Positions 17,668 through 26,445 of a stretch of DNA of 64,000 nucleotides are shown in pieces. Numbering within the stretch: position 1 is the first letter of the stretch; each line of letters opens with the position of its first letter. The position numbers were made by a program, and so were the translations under genes. The DNA comes from Dehalococcoidia bacterium. Its GTDB lineage: Bacteria; Chloroflexota; Dehalococcoidia; Lucifugimonadales; CATOSD01. The notes beneath the pieces were generated by a model. The model worked only from the letters and a program-made list of their open reading frames with translations. It was not told where the DNA came from and searched no databases. The DNA is taken from NCBI GenBank assembly GCA_965204815.1, contig OZ242014.1, positions 485,654 to 549,653 of the forward strand, read 5' to 3'.

Positions 17668-17741
17668 GTCATTCCGAGCGCCCACCCCCTGTCATTCCGA
17701 GCGCCCACCCCCTGTCATTCCGAGCGCAGCCGAGGAATCTA
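17668..17741 (+). repeat. family-A copies overlapping the stop of the enoyl-CoA hydratase
   Basis: GAGGAATCTA at 17732-17741 supplies the minus-strand TAG. Confidence 0.85.
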
Positions 17742-18467
17742 CCGCCCCGCCATCACCCCCACCGCCAGCCGCCCCTCCATCTCCAGCCCCCGCCCCAGCG
17801 GCCCGTCCATCCCGTACCGCAGCGCCCGCTTCGCCGCCGACACCGCCCTCGGCTCCAGCGCCGCCAGCGACTCCGCCAGCGCCAGCGCCTCCCCCGCCAG
17901 CGCGTCCCGCGACACCACCCGGTGCACCAGACCCGCCCGCCGCGCCTCCTCCGCCGACAGCCGACGCCCCGCCAGCAGCATCTCCAGCGCCGTACCCAGG
18001 CCCGCCACCCGCGGCAGCGTCTGGCTCCCGCCCGCCGCCGGAGCCATCCCCAGCGCCGTCTCCGGCATCGCGAACGTCGCGTCCTCCGACGCGACCCGCA
18101 GGTCGCACAGGCACGCCATCTCCACCCCCGACCCTATGACGTACCCGTGCAGCGCCGCCACAATCGGCTTGTCGATAGCCAGGAACAGCCCCCACACGTC
18201 CCGTTCCCACCGCACCGCCCGCGCCACCGCCTGCGACGGCGCCGTCCCGAACTCCGACAAGTCCGCCCCTGCGCAAAACGCCCTCTCCCCTGCCCCGCTC
18301 AGCACCACCGCCCGCACCTCCGCGTCATCCCGCACCGCCTCCAGCAGCGTGAACAGCTCATCCCGCATCGCCACGTTATACGCATTCAGCCGCCGCGGCC
18401 GATTCAGCGTCAACCGCGCCACCGCCCCCGCCTTCTCAAACACCACCGTCCCAACATCCGACGTCAT
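17739..18467 (-). CDS. enoyl-CoA hydratase/isomerase
   Basis: LTLNRPRRLNA, AFCAGADL, KPIVAALHGYVIGSGVEMA and FAMPE. Confidence 0.9.
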   Translation of the reverse strand: MTSDVGTVVFEKAGAVARLTLNRPRRLNAYNVAMRDELFTLLEAVRDDAEVRAVVLSGAGERAFCAGADLSEFGTAPSQAVARAVRWERDVWGLFLAIDKPIVAALHGYVIGSGVEMACLCDLRVASEDATFAMPETALGMAPAAGGSQTLPRVAGLGTALEMLLAGRRLSAEEARRAGLVHRVVSRDALAGEALALAESLAALEPRAVSAAKRALRYGMDGPLGRGLEMEGRLAVGVMAGR

Positions 18468-18549
18468 AGCCTACCTCGCTTCCGTCGCCACAGCCTACCT
18501 CGCTTCCGTCGCCACAGCCTACCTCGCTTCCGTCGCCACAGCCTACCTC
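18468..18549 (-). repeat. 24-bp tandem repeat (3.4 units) of RBS plus mini-ORF
   Basis: (GAGGTAGGCTGTGGCGACGGAAGC)x3 then GAGGTAGGCT-ATG on the minus strand. Confidence 0.9.
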
Positions 18550-18579
18550 TCTCGCCCCTCTCCATACACCCACGCCCCC

Positions 18580-19207
18580 GTCCATTCCGAGCGCCCCCAT
18601 CCCCCCGTCATTCCGAGCGCCCTCTCTCCCCCTGTCATTCCGAGCGCAGCGAAGCGGAGCCGAGGAATCTAGTGTGCTTGCCAGCCACCACCCCTGCCCC
18701 ACGCCCCCTGTCCGCCATCACCCCTACACCACCCGCCGTCATACCCTGTCCCCTGTCACTCCGAGCGCCCGCTCTCCCCCCGTCATTCCGAGCGCAGCCG
18801 AGGAATCTAGTGTGCTTGCCAGCCACCACCCCTGCCCCACGCCCCCTGTCCGCCATCACCCCTACACCACCCGCCGTCATACCCTGTCCCCTGTCACTCC
18901 GAGCGCCCGCTCTCCCCCCGTCATTCCGAGCGCAGCCGAGGAATCTAGTGTGCCTGCCAGCCACCACCCCTGCCCCACACCCCCTGCCCGCCATCACCCC
19001 CACACCACCCGCCGTCATACCCTCTCCTCCCGTCATTCCGAGCGCCCGCTCTCCCCCTGTCATTCCGAGCGCCCGCTCTCCCCCTGTCACACCGAGCGCC
19101 TGCTCTCCCCCCGTCATTCCGAGCGCCCCCATCCCCCTGTCATTCCGAGCGCCCGCTCTCCCCCTGTCATTCCGAGCGCAGCGAAGCGGAGCCGAGGAAT
19201 CTAAAGC
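18580..19207 (+). repeat. large family-A array including a 138-bp higher-order unit x3
   Basis: GAGGAATCT at 18662, 18800 and 18938 (138-bp spacing) and at 19194. Confidence 0.9.
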
Positions 19208-19209
19208 GC

Positions 19210-19521
19210 CTATTCCGCCAGATCGTACCAATCTCTCGACAAGTCCTCCCACCTCGGATTCATCGACTCGATCAGCACTTCCTTCTTGCTCCTGCGCCAC
19301 TTCTTGAGCTGCTTCTCCCGCTCGAGCACGGCCATGACGTCTGAGGACTCCTCGTAGTACACCAGCCAGGTAATGTTGTACTTCCTCGCGTGGCCGTCCA
19401 CGAACTTCCGCTTATGCTCGTAAACTCGCCTGACGAGGTCGTTTGTTACGCCGACGTACAGGTTTCGCCTGCTGTTGGACAACATGTAGACGTAGTACTT
19501 GTGGGTGGATCCTGAGTACAT
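19210..19521 (-). CDS. small GIY-YIG nuclease (UPF0213/YhbQ-like)
   Basis: YYVYMLSN..LYVGVTNDLVRRVYEHK..KYNITWLVYYE..REKQLKKWRRSKK..LIE..NP.W.DL. Confidence 0.92.
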   Translation of the reverse strand: MYSGSTHKYYVYMLSNSRRNLYVGVTNDLVRRVYEHKRKFVDGHARKYNITWLVYYEESSDVMAVLEREKQLKKWRRSKKEVLIESMNPRWEDLSRDWYDLAE

Positions 19522-19523
19522 GG

Positions 19524-20107
19524 GCTTTAGATTCCTCGGCTACGCTCGGAATGACAAAGCGGACGGCCGCTATTCCCGGAGTGATGGAAACCCCCTACCT
19601 CGCAGTCCCCTCTCCCTCGCCCCTCTGCTATTCCCCGCGCCCTCTCCCCCCGTCATTCCGCGCGTCCCCTTTTCCCCCTGTCATTCCGAGCGTCCCCTCT
19701 CCCCTGTCATTCCGCGCGTCCCCCTTTCCCCTGTCATTCCGAGCGTAGCCGAGGAATCTAGTGTGCTTGCCAGCCACCACCCCTGCCCCACGCCCCCTGC
19801 CCGCCATCACCCCTACACCACCCGCCGTCATACCCTGTCCCCTGTCATTCCGAGCGCCCGCTCTCCCCCTGTCATCCCCGCGCCCCACTCCCCTGCCATT
19901 CCGAGCGCCCTCTCCTCCCGTCATTCCGAGCGCCCTCTCCCCCGTCACTCCGCGCGCCCCCCTCTCCCCTGTCATTCCGAGCGCCCCCCTCTCCCCTGTC
20001 ATTCCGCGCGTCCCCTCTCCCCCGTCATTCCGAGCGCCCCCCTCTCCTCCTGTCATTCCGCGCGTCCCCTTTCCCCCTGTCATTCCGAGCGTAGCCGAGG
20101 AATCTAG
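19524..20107. repeat. family-A array right of the GIY-YIG gene (first copy inverted)
   Basis: GCTTTAGATTCCTCGGCTACGCTCGGAATGACA at 19524-19556, then forward copies up to 20107. Confidence 0.9.
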
Positions 20108-20142
20108 TGTGCCTGCTCTGAGCCTGCCGAAAGCCCACCCCC

Positions 20143-20928
20143 CTACTCCCCCCGATACACCGCCCCCCGCCGCTCCAGGAACGACGCCACCCCCTCCGCG
20201 CGGTCCGCCGTGCTCTGCAACAGAAAGTTCAGGTCCCCCTCCAGCCGCAGCCCCTGGTCCAGCGACATATCCAGCCCATCGCGCACCAGCTCCTTGGTGT
20301 ACCGCGTCGCGATGGGGCCGAACGACGCCACCGCGGTCGCTATCTCCCCCGCGCGTTCGCCGACCCGCTCCCGCTCCACCACCTCGTTCACCAAGCCAAT
20401 CTCCGCCGCGCGGGCCGCGTCCAGCGTCGCGCCGGTCAGCAGCATCTCCGTCGCCGCGGCGCGCCCCACCAGGCGCGGCAGGCGCTGCGTGCCGCCGTCC
20501 CAGGGCAGCAGGCCCCGTCCGAGCTGCGTCATGCCCAAACGGGCGTCCACGGAGGCCACGCGCACGTCGCACGCCAGCGCGAGCTCCAGCCCCTGGTCGA
20601 GCGCGTCGCCGCACAGCGCGGCGATCACGGGCTTCTCCACGGCGGCCACGGCCTCTGCGACCCGCAACTCCGCCAGCGCCGACGGCAGCGCGCCGGCGTC
20701 CAGCCCCGCCAGCCCGTCGAGCGCGTCCGGGTCCGTCCCCCCGCAGAAGACGTCGCCCTCCGCCTCGAGCACCACGACCCACACCGCGTCATCCTGCCGC
20801 ACCCGCTCGCACGCCTCCCGCACCTCCGACGCCGCGCGCCCGTCGATGGCGTTCCCCGCCTCAGCCCGCGCCAGCCTCAGCCGCGCCACCCGCCCATCCA
20901 CCTCCAGCCGTACCCGCTCATAACCCAT
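20143..20928 (-). CDS. enoyl-CoA hydratase/isomerase
   Basis: ATG 20928 after GAGAGGTAGG. KPVIAALCGDALDQGLELALACDVRVA and GGTQRLPRLVG. Confidence 0.9.
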   Translation of the reverse strand: MGYERVRLEVDGRVARLRLARAEAGNAIDGRAASEVREACERVRQDDAVWVVVLEAEGDVFCGGTDPDALDGLAGLDAGALPSALAELRVAEAVAAVEKPVIAALCGDALDQGLELALACDVRVASVDARLGMTQLGRGLLPWDGGTQRLPRLVGRAAATEMLLTGATLDAARAAEIGLVNEVVERERVGERAGEIATAVASFGPIATRYTKELVRDGLDMSLDQGLRLEGDLNFLLQSTADRAEGVASFLERRGAVYRGE

Positions 20929-21217
20929 ACCGGACCTACCTCTCAGTCCCCTCTCCCTTGATGGGAGAGGGTTAGGGTGAGGGTGAACGTGTGCGGGCCG
21001 CCCTCCCCCAACCCCCATTGACACCCACGCACATCCGTGCTACTCTCTCTCCATGACACGCCGCCACCAGCCCAACCACCCAGGAACACTGAACGGAAAG
21101 AAACAAAAAGAACAGTTTGCGACAGAGTTTTTCGGGTCTCCCCTACCTCTTAGTCCCCTCTCCCTTGATGGGAGAGGGTCAGGGTGAGGGTAAAAAACGG
21201 GATGAACGTGCCCGCCC

Positions 21218-21853
21218 CTACCGCGCCCGCACGATCACCTTCCGCTCGTCACCCACTCCCGTGCTCTGCGTGGTCACCTCAGCGTGGTCCGACAGCGTGA
21301 TGTGGATGATGCGCCGCTCGTTGGGCGGCATCGGCTCCAGCGTGATCGAGCGCCCCGAGGCCGCCACGCGACGGGCCACGCGCTGCGCGAGGTTGGCCAG
21401 CGAGTCGTTGCGCCGCTTCTGGTAGCCCTCCACGTCCAGCGTGAGATTCACCCGCTCGCCCAGCCTGCGCCCCGCGATGAACTTGACCATGAACTGCAGC
21501 GCCCGCAGCGTCTCGCCCCTGCGGCCTATCAAAAGCCCGGAGTCGTCGCCCGCTATCTCGAAAATAGGCCCCTCGTCCTCGCTCTCGGCCTGCCGCAGAC
21601 TCACCACCGCGGATACGCCCAGGTTGGTGAGCACCTGCTGCAATATCTCGGTGGTCACCGTCACCAGCTCGGACCGCTGCTCCAGCAGCGTCACCCTTAC
21701 CCTGGCCGGCTCGCTTCCGATTCCCATGAAGCCGGCCTTGCCGCGGCTAACGACGTCTATTTCTACTTCTGCGCGATCTGCGTCTAGCTCCCTTAGAGCG
21801 AGCTCGATTGCCTCTTCCGGTGTCTTCGCCGACGTTTCTATCTGTCGTCTCAT
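21218..21853 (-). CDS. jag: RNA-binding Jag/EloR (KhpB) protein
   Basis: Jag_N (KTPEEAIELAL), KH (GLLIGRRGETLRALQ) and R3H (LEPMPPNERRIIH). Confidence 0.92.
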   Translation of the reverse strand: MRRQIETSAKTPEEAIELALRELDADRAEVEIDVVSRGKAGFMGIGSEPARVRVTLLEQRSELVTVTTEILQQVLTNLGVSAVVSLRQAESEDEGPIFEIAGDDSGLLIGRRGETLRALQFMVKFIAGRRLGERVNLTLDVEGYQKRRNDSLANLAQRVARRVAASGRSITLEPMPPNERRIIHITLSDHAEVTTQSTGVGDERKVIVRAR

Positions 21854-22676
21854 CGCTTGCAGTCTCCTCCGCTGGCGCCGCCAGAGCCGGGGCCGCCGCC
21901 TGCTGGGGCTGCGGCTGTGGCTGTCCCCGGCGGATTATGAAAGTGAAGATCGAGGTTATCGGCTCCCAGCCGGTCACGAACCCCTGGATGACCACGCCCA
22001 CCGCGTTGGACACCACCCAGTAGATGGCCAGCCCGCTCGGAAACTGCATCGTGAAGAAGCCGAACATGATCGGCATCATCCACAGCATCATCCGGTTCGT
22101 GGACGCCTGCCGCGGGTCCGCCGAGGGCATCGCGGTCATCTTCTGCACCAGGTACATCGACGCGCCCACCAGTATCGGCAGCACCGGCGTCCGGTCCGGC
22201 AGCGCCAGGTCCAGCCACAGGAACGAGCTGTTCAGCGGTATCACCTGGTGAACCTGCGGCAGCCAGGAGTAGAGATGCCCCGACAGCCCTATCAGCCGGT
22301 CGGGCGCCGCCGGCAGCGTCTGCAATATCGCCTGGTAAAGCCCTATCCAGATGGGGAACTGGATCACCAGCGGCCCGAGGCACCCTATCGGGTTCACCCC
22401 GTTCTCCTTGTACAGCCGCATGGTCTCCTGGGTTATGCGCTGCCGGTCCTTGGCGTACTTCTCCTGTATCTCCTTCACCTTCGGCTGTATCGCGTTCATC
22501 GCCTTGAGCTGCCGGCTCTGCCGCACCGTGAGCGGAAACATCACCACCCGCACCAGGATCGTGAAGATGAGGATGCTCACCCCGAAGCTGTTGAAGAAGA
22601 GGTAGTACAGCATCACCAGGCTGTTGATCATCGGCCTGATGATTACCGAGTTCCATATGTCGATTATGATTTCCAA
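21747..22676 (-). CDS. yidC: membrane protein insertase YidC
   Basis: FGVSILIFTILVR, IQPKVKEIQEKY, NPIGCLGPLVIQFPIW, FLWLDL and GLAIYWVVSN. Confidence 0.92.
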   Translation of the reverse strand: MEIIIDIWNSVIIRPMINSLVMLYYLFFNSFGVSILIFTILVRVVMFPLTVRQSRQLKAMNAIQPKVKEIQEKYAKDRQRITQETMRLYKENGVNPIGCLGPLVIQFPIWIGLYQAILQTLPAAPDRLIGLSGHLYSWLPQVHQVIPLNSSFLWLDLALPDRTPVLPILVGASMYLVQKMTAMPSADPRQASTNRMMLWMMPIMFGFFTMQFPSGLAIYWVVSNAVGVVIQGFVTGWEPITSIFTFIIRRGQPQPQPQQAAAPALAAPAEETASDETTDRNVGEDTGRGNRARSKGARRRSRRSRNRRR

Positions 22677-22694
22677 GTGTACGGTCCTGCCGCG

Positions 22695-23858
22695 CTAGCA
22701 GGCGGCGGCCTGTCCCCGCTGCGTGGGGCTGTCCTGGTTGGTGAAGTGTACCCACTCTTCGTCGGGATTGCCATTCGGCTTCACCCGCAGCGCCCGTATG
22801 GAGTGGTCGCGCGCCCCGAAGTAGATGAAGTCCCCCTGCGATACCACGGGCGTCCGTATCTCCTCGTTCACGTTGCAGACGTCCAGCACCGAGCCGCCCA
22901 TGCCGATGAGCCGCACCCTGCCGTCCGTGGACGCCAGCGCGATCATCGAGTCCCCCACCACCGCCGGCGAGCCGACTATCGGCCCCTCCGTCTCCACCGC
23001 CCACAGCAGGTTGCCCGTGTCGGCGTTCAGCGCGTACAGGTTGCCGTCCAGCGACGGCGCCAGTATCACGTCGCCGTGCACCACCGGCCGCGCCCAGTAC
23101 CAGTTGCTCGCCCCCTCGAAACGCCACTCCTCCACGCCCGTCCTGGCGTTGAGAGCGTAGAAAGAGCCGTCGAAGGCCCCCACGTACACCCGACCCCCGT
23201 AAACGACGGGAGAGGCCGCCACAGCGCCGCTGGCGGCGAACTTCCACTGCTGGGAGCCGTCGTGCAGCGCCACGGCGTACACGCTGTGGTCCAGCGAGCC
23301 GAAGTAGGCCACGCCGTCGCTCACCGCGGGGGTGGACCACACCTTGCCGCCCGTCGCGAACCTCCACTGCTGGGAGCCGTCCTCGACGTCCAGCGCATAC
23401 ACGTAGCCGTCCGATGCGCCCACCACCACCAGGCCGCCGCCCAATGCCGGGCCGCCCACGATGGCGTCTCCCAACGGCTCCACCCACTTGTCCCGCCCGT
23501 CCAGCGCTATGGCGTACAGCACGTTGTCGTAGCCGCCCACGTACAGCGTGTCCCCCTCCAGCACCGGCGTGCCGTACACGGCGCGGTACTGCTCCTCTCC
23601 GTGCAGCGCGAACCGCCACCTGGTGGAGCCGTCGTCGACGCTGATGGCCCTCACCTCTCCCTCGGACGTGCCGATGTAGAGCGTGTTGTCGTCCACTACG
23701 CCCCCCGACCATCCCTCGGGCACCGCGATCCTGCCGCAGCCCGCCAGGATCAGCAGCGCCAGCGCCGCCAGCGCGAGAAGCGCAAGCCGGCCTCGCACGC
23801 GCCTGCTTAGCAGCTCTGTGGAATCGCCGGGCCGATGGGCTGTCCTCTGGAAAATCAC
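22695..23858 (-). CDS. PQQ-binding-like beta-propeller lipoprotein (BamB-like)
   Basis: Lipobox LAGC; repeated VY.G..DG..YAL...G...W blades; GTG overlaps the yidD stop. Confidence 0.85.
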   Translation of the reverse strand: MIFQRTAHRPGDSTELLSRRVRGRLALLALAALALLILAGCGRIAVPEGWSGGVVDDNTLYIGTSEGEVRAISVDDGSTRWRFALHGEEQYRAVYGTPVLEGDTLYVGGYDNVLYAIALDGRDKWVEPLGDAIVGGPALGGGLVVVGASDGYVYALDVEDGSQQWRFATGGKVWSTPAVSDGVAYFGSLDHSVYAVALHDGSQQWKFAASGAVAASPVVYGGRVYVGAFDGSFYALNARTGVEEWRFEGASNWYWARPVVHGDVILAPSLDGNLYALNADTGNLLWAVETEGPIVGSPAVVGDSMIALASTDGRVRLIGMGGSVLDVCNVNEEIRTPVVSQGDFIYFGARDHSIRALRVKPNGNPDEEWVHFTNQDSPTQRGQAAAC

Positions 23859-24070
23859 GGCAGCGGCACCGGATCGTAGCCCCGCCCGCCGAAGGGACGG
23901 CAGCGCGCCAGACGCCTGGCCCCGAGCCACACGCCCCTGGCCACGCCGTGCGCGGATATGGCGTCGTAGGCATAGCCGGAGCAGGACGGGGAGAAACGGC
24001 AGCGTCCGCCCAGGTACGGGGACAAAGCCGACTGGTATAAGCGAATCGCCCATAGCGCGAGAGTGCGCAT
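23855..24070 (-). CDS. yidD: membrane protein insertion efficiency factor YidD
   Basis: [31 protein letters not shown]. Confidence 0.92.
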   Translation of the reverse strand: MRTLALWAIRLYQSALSPYLGGRCRFSPSCSGYAYDAISAHGVARGVWLGARRLARCRPFGGRGYDPVPLP

Positions 24071-24459
24071 CACGCCACCCGCGCGCCCGAACGCTGCCCC
24101 GCATCGGAATGGGTGGGCGTTCCGCGTCGAGGGCGCAACAGCTTGGCCCGCTTGAACAGATTGGTCATGGAGCGCTCTAGTTCGTGGTAGTTCGCGCCGT
24201 CGGCGCCGGCACGGGCGATAAGCAAGATGTCCCAGCCTGGACTCACGTCGCTCAGTCGGGCCGCCTCCCGCAGCCTGCGCTTCACCCTGTTGCGGGTGAC
24301 GGCGTTGCCGACGCGCTTGCTCACCGAGAAGCCGAACCTGGCAAGGTCCAGGCCGTTGGGGCGCGCCACGAGCACGAGCAGCCTGCCCGGCCAGCTACGC
24401 CCCTCGCGACGCACCAGCGCGAAGTCCCTGGACTTTCGGAGGCGTTGCTCACGGCGCAT
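24070..24459 (-). CDS. rnpA: ribonuclease P protein component
   Basis: RLRKSRDF and [25 protein letters not shown]. Confidence 0.95.
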   Translation of the reverse strand: MRREQRLRKSRDFALVRREGRSWPGRLLVLVARPNGLDLARFGFSVSKRVGNAVTRNRVKRRLREAARLSDVSPGWDILLIARAGADGANYHELERSMTNLFKRAKLLRPRRGTPTHSDAGQRSGARVA

Positions 24460-24522
24460 GATACCGCCTGGCTGCGCACAAGCCGGGTACAGGCTCGGCC
24501 AGTGCGCTGCTTGCCCGCGGCG

Positions 24523-24660
24523 TCACACCGTGAGGCGATGCCTGCCCTTGAACATGCGCCGCTTCAGAACGTTGCGTCCGGCCTTGGTGCTCATGCGCGA
24601 TCTGAAGCCGTGAACGCGCGCGCGCCGTCGTTTTTTTGGCTGATAGGTTCGTTTCGGCAT
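24523..24660 (-). CDS. rpmH: 50S ribosomal protein L34
   Basis: [45 protein letters not shown]. Confidence 0.97.
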   Translation of the reverse strand: MPKRTYQPKKRRRARVHGFRSRMSTKAGRNVLKRRMFKGRHRLTV

Positions 24661-24847
24661 GGTTGAAATGTCCGGTTCCGCGGCCCGCGAATCGGCCCGC
24701 CTGGTCCGCGAATTATATCTTTTGAACGCTATCAGGTCAATTGGAACGCTTGGCATCAGGCGGCCAGTCTCGCTCAACTAGCCACTGGCCGCCTTAGGTG
24801 GTATTCTTTAGCACATTCTCGCTTCCCAAAGGGGGTTCGGGCGTTAG

Positions 24848-26410
24848 ATGAACACTACCGAGTTTCTGAACATAGCATCGCTTATCGTGCCGGACAGGCC
24901 GGCCATCGTTTTCGAGGACGCGCGCTACACCTACGGCGAACTGAAATCCCGGGTGAACCGGCTCGCCAATGCCCTCTCCGACCTGGGAGTTGGGGAGGGC
25001 GACCGAGTGGCAGTGCTGCAGGTGAACAGCAACGAGCACGTGGAGCTATGCTTCGCCGCCGCCCAGCTCGACGCCGTGTACGCGCCTCTCAACTTCCGCG
25101 CCCGCGCCGACGAACTGCGCTTTATGGTCGAAGATGCACAACCCAAGGTGCTGGTGGCCGGCAGCCGCTACGTGAGCATCGTGGACTCGTTCGCGGCAGA
25201 CCTCGCCAGCGCGCCACGACTGGTGTCCCTGGAGGAGCCTGCCGACGGCTGGGAGTTCTACGACGACCTCGTTGCCGCGGCCCCCGACGAGGAGCGCTTC
25301 CCGGAAGGCGACGGCCCCGACCTGACCGTGCTGCTGTTCACCTCCGGCACCACCAGCATGCCCAAGGGCGTGATGCTCAGCCACGACAGCTTCTCGTCGT
25401 ACATCCTCAGCAACGTTTCGCCCGTGGACCCGGACGACGACGAGCGGAACATTCTCACCGTTCCGCTATACCACATCGCGGGAGTACAGACGGTGATGTC
25501 GTCCATCTACGGCGGCCGCACGCTCATCATACAGCGCCAGTTCGAGCCTAAGCAGTGGATGGAACTGGTCGAGACCGAGCGAGCCAATCGCGCCGTTATG
25601 GTGCCGACCATGCTCAAGATGCTGATGGACCATTCCGACTTCCACGACCACGATCTCAGCAGCCTGAAGATTATCACCTACGGCGCCGCGCCCATGCCCT
25701 TCGAGGTCATCAGGCGCGCGATATCGGAACTGCCGGGCATCCTCTTCATCAACGCCTTCGGCCAGACCGAGACCGCTGCCACCATCACCATGCTCCCGCC
25801 GGAGGACCACGTATTGGAGGGAAGCGAAGAGGAGGTCGAGCGGAAGCTGCGCCGGCTGACCAGCGTCGGCAAGCCGCTGGAGGACGTGGATGTCCGCATA
25901 GTCGATGAGGACGCCAACCCCGTCCAGGACGGCGAGGTGGGCGAGATTGTGGCCAGCGGCCCTCGCTTGATGAAGGGCTACTGGAACCAGGAGGAGGCCA
26001 CCTCGGAGACCTTCCGCGGAGGCTGGCTGTACACCGGAGACCTCGGCTACATGGACGAGGACGGGTACATCTACCTCGCCGGGCGCTCCAAAGACTTCAT
26101 CAAGCGCGGCGGCGAAATGATCTCTCCGGAAGAGGTGGAGCAGGTGCTCCACTCCCACGACGCCATCGAGGAGGCGGCCATCATCGGCGTGCCCGATATC
26201 GACTGGGGCGAGCGCGTGAGGGCCGTTGTCGTGCTGAAGGACGGCCAGAACGCTGAGGACGGCGAGATCATCGAGTACTGCCGCCAGCGCCTCGCCAGCT
26301 TCAAGAAACCCGAGTCCGTGGTGTTCGTATCCGAGCTGCCGCGCAATCCCATGGGCAAGGTGCTCAAACGCCTGCTCAGGGAGGAGTACGACGAGCCTAT
26401 CACGGGGTAG
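24848..26410 (+). CDS. long-chain acyl-CoA synthetase (AMP-binding)
   Basis: FTSGTTSMPKGV, FGQTE, GWLYTGDLG and LPRNPMGKVLK. Confidence 0.92.
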   Translation: MNTTEFLNIASLIVPDRPAIVFEDARYTYGELKSRVNRLANALSDLGVGEGDRVAVLQVNSNEHVELCFAAAQLDAVYAPLNFRARADELRFMVEDAQPKVLVAGSRYVSIVDSFAADLASAPRLVSLEEPADGWEFYDDLVAAAPDEERFPEGDGPDLTVLLFTSGTTSMPKGVMLSHDSFSSYILSNVSPVDPDDDERNILTVPLYHIAGVQTVMSSIYGGRTLIIQRQFEPKQWMELVETERANRAVMVPTMLKMLMDHSDFHDHDLSSLKIITYGAAPMPFEVIRRAISELPGILFINAFGQTETAATITMLPPEDHVLEGSEEEVERKLRRLTSVGKPLEDVDVRIVDEDANPVQDGEVGEIVASGPRLMKGYWNQEEATSETFRGGWLYTGDLGYMDEDGYIYLAGRSKDFIKRGGEMISPEEVEQVLHSHDAIEEAAIIGVPDIDWGERVRAVVVLKDGQNAEDGEIIEYCRQRLASFKKPESVVFVSELPRNPMGKVLKRLLREEYDEPITG

Positions 26411-26445
26411 TACACTCGACATATTGTGACGCGAAGGAGACTCTC

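Noticed and set aside
18436..20975. Long ORFs in REP arrays (PVIPSAAEES, LDSSAALGMT, CHSERSRGI peptides)
   Set aside because: They are translations of family-A repeats in several frames, low complexity, with no independent coding signal.
24661..24847. Possible oriC next to rpmH
   Set aside because: The divergent gene is an acyl-CoA ligase rather than dnaA, and I found no TTATCCACA-type boxes. It remains only as an alternative explanation of the skew change.
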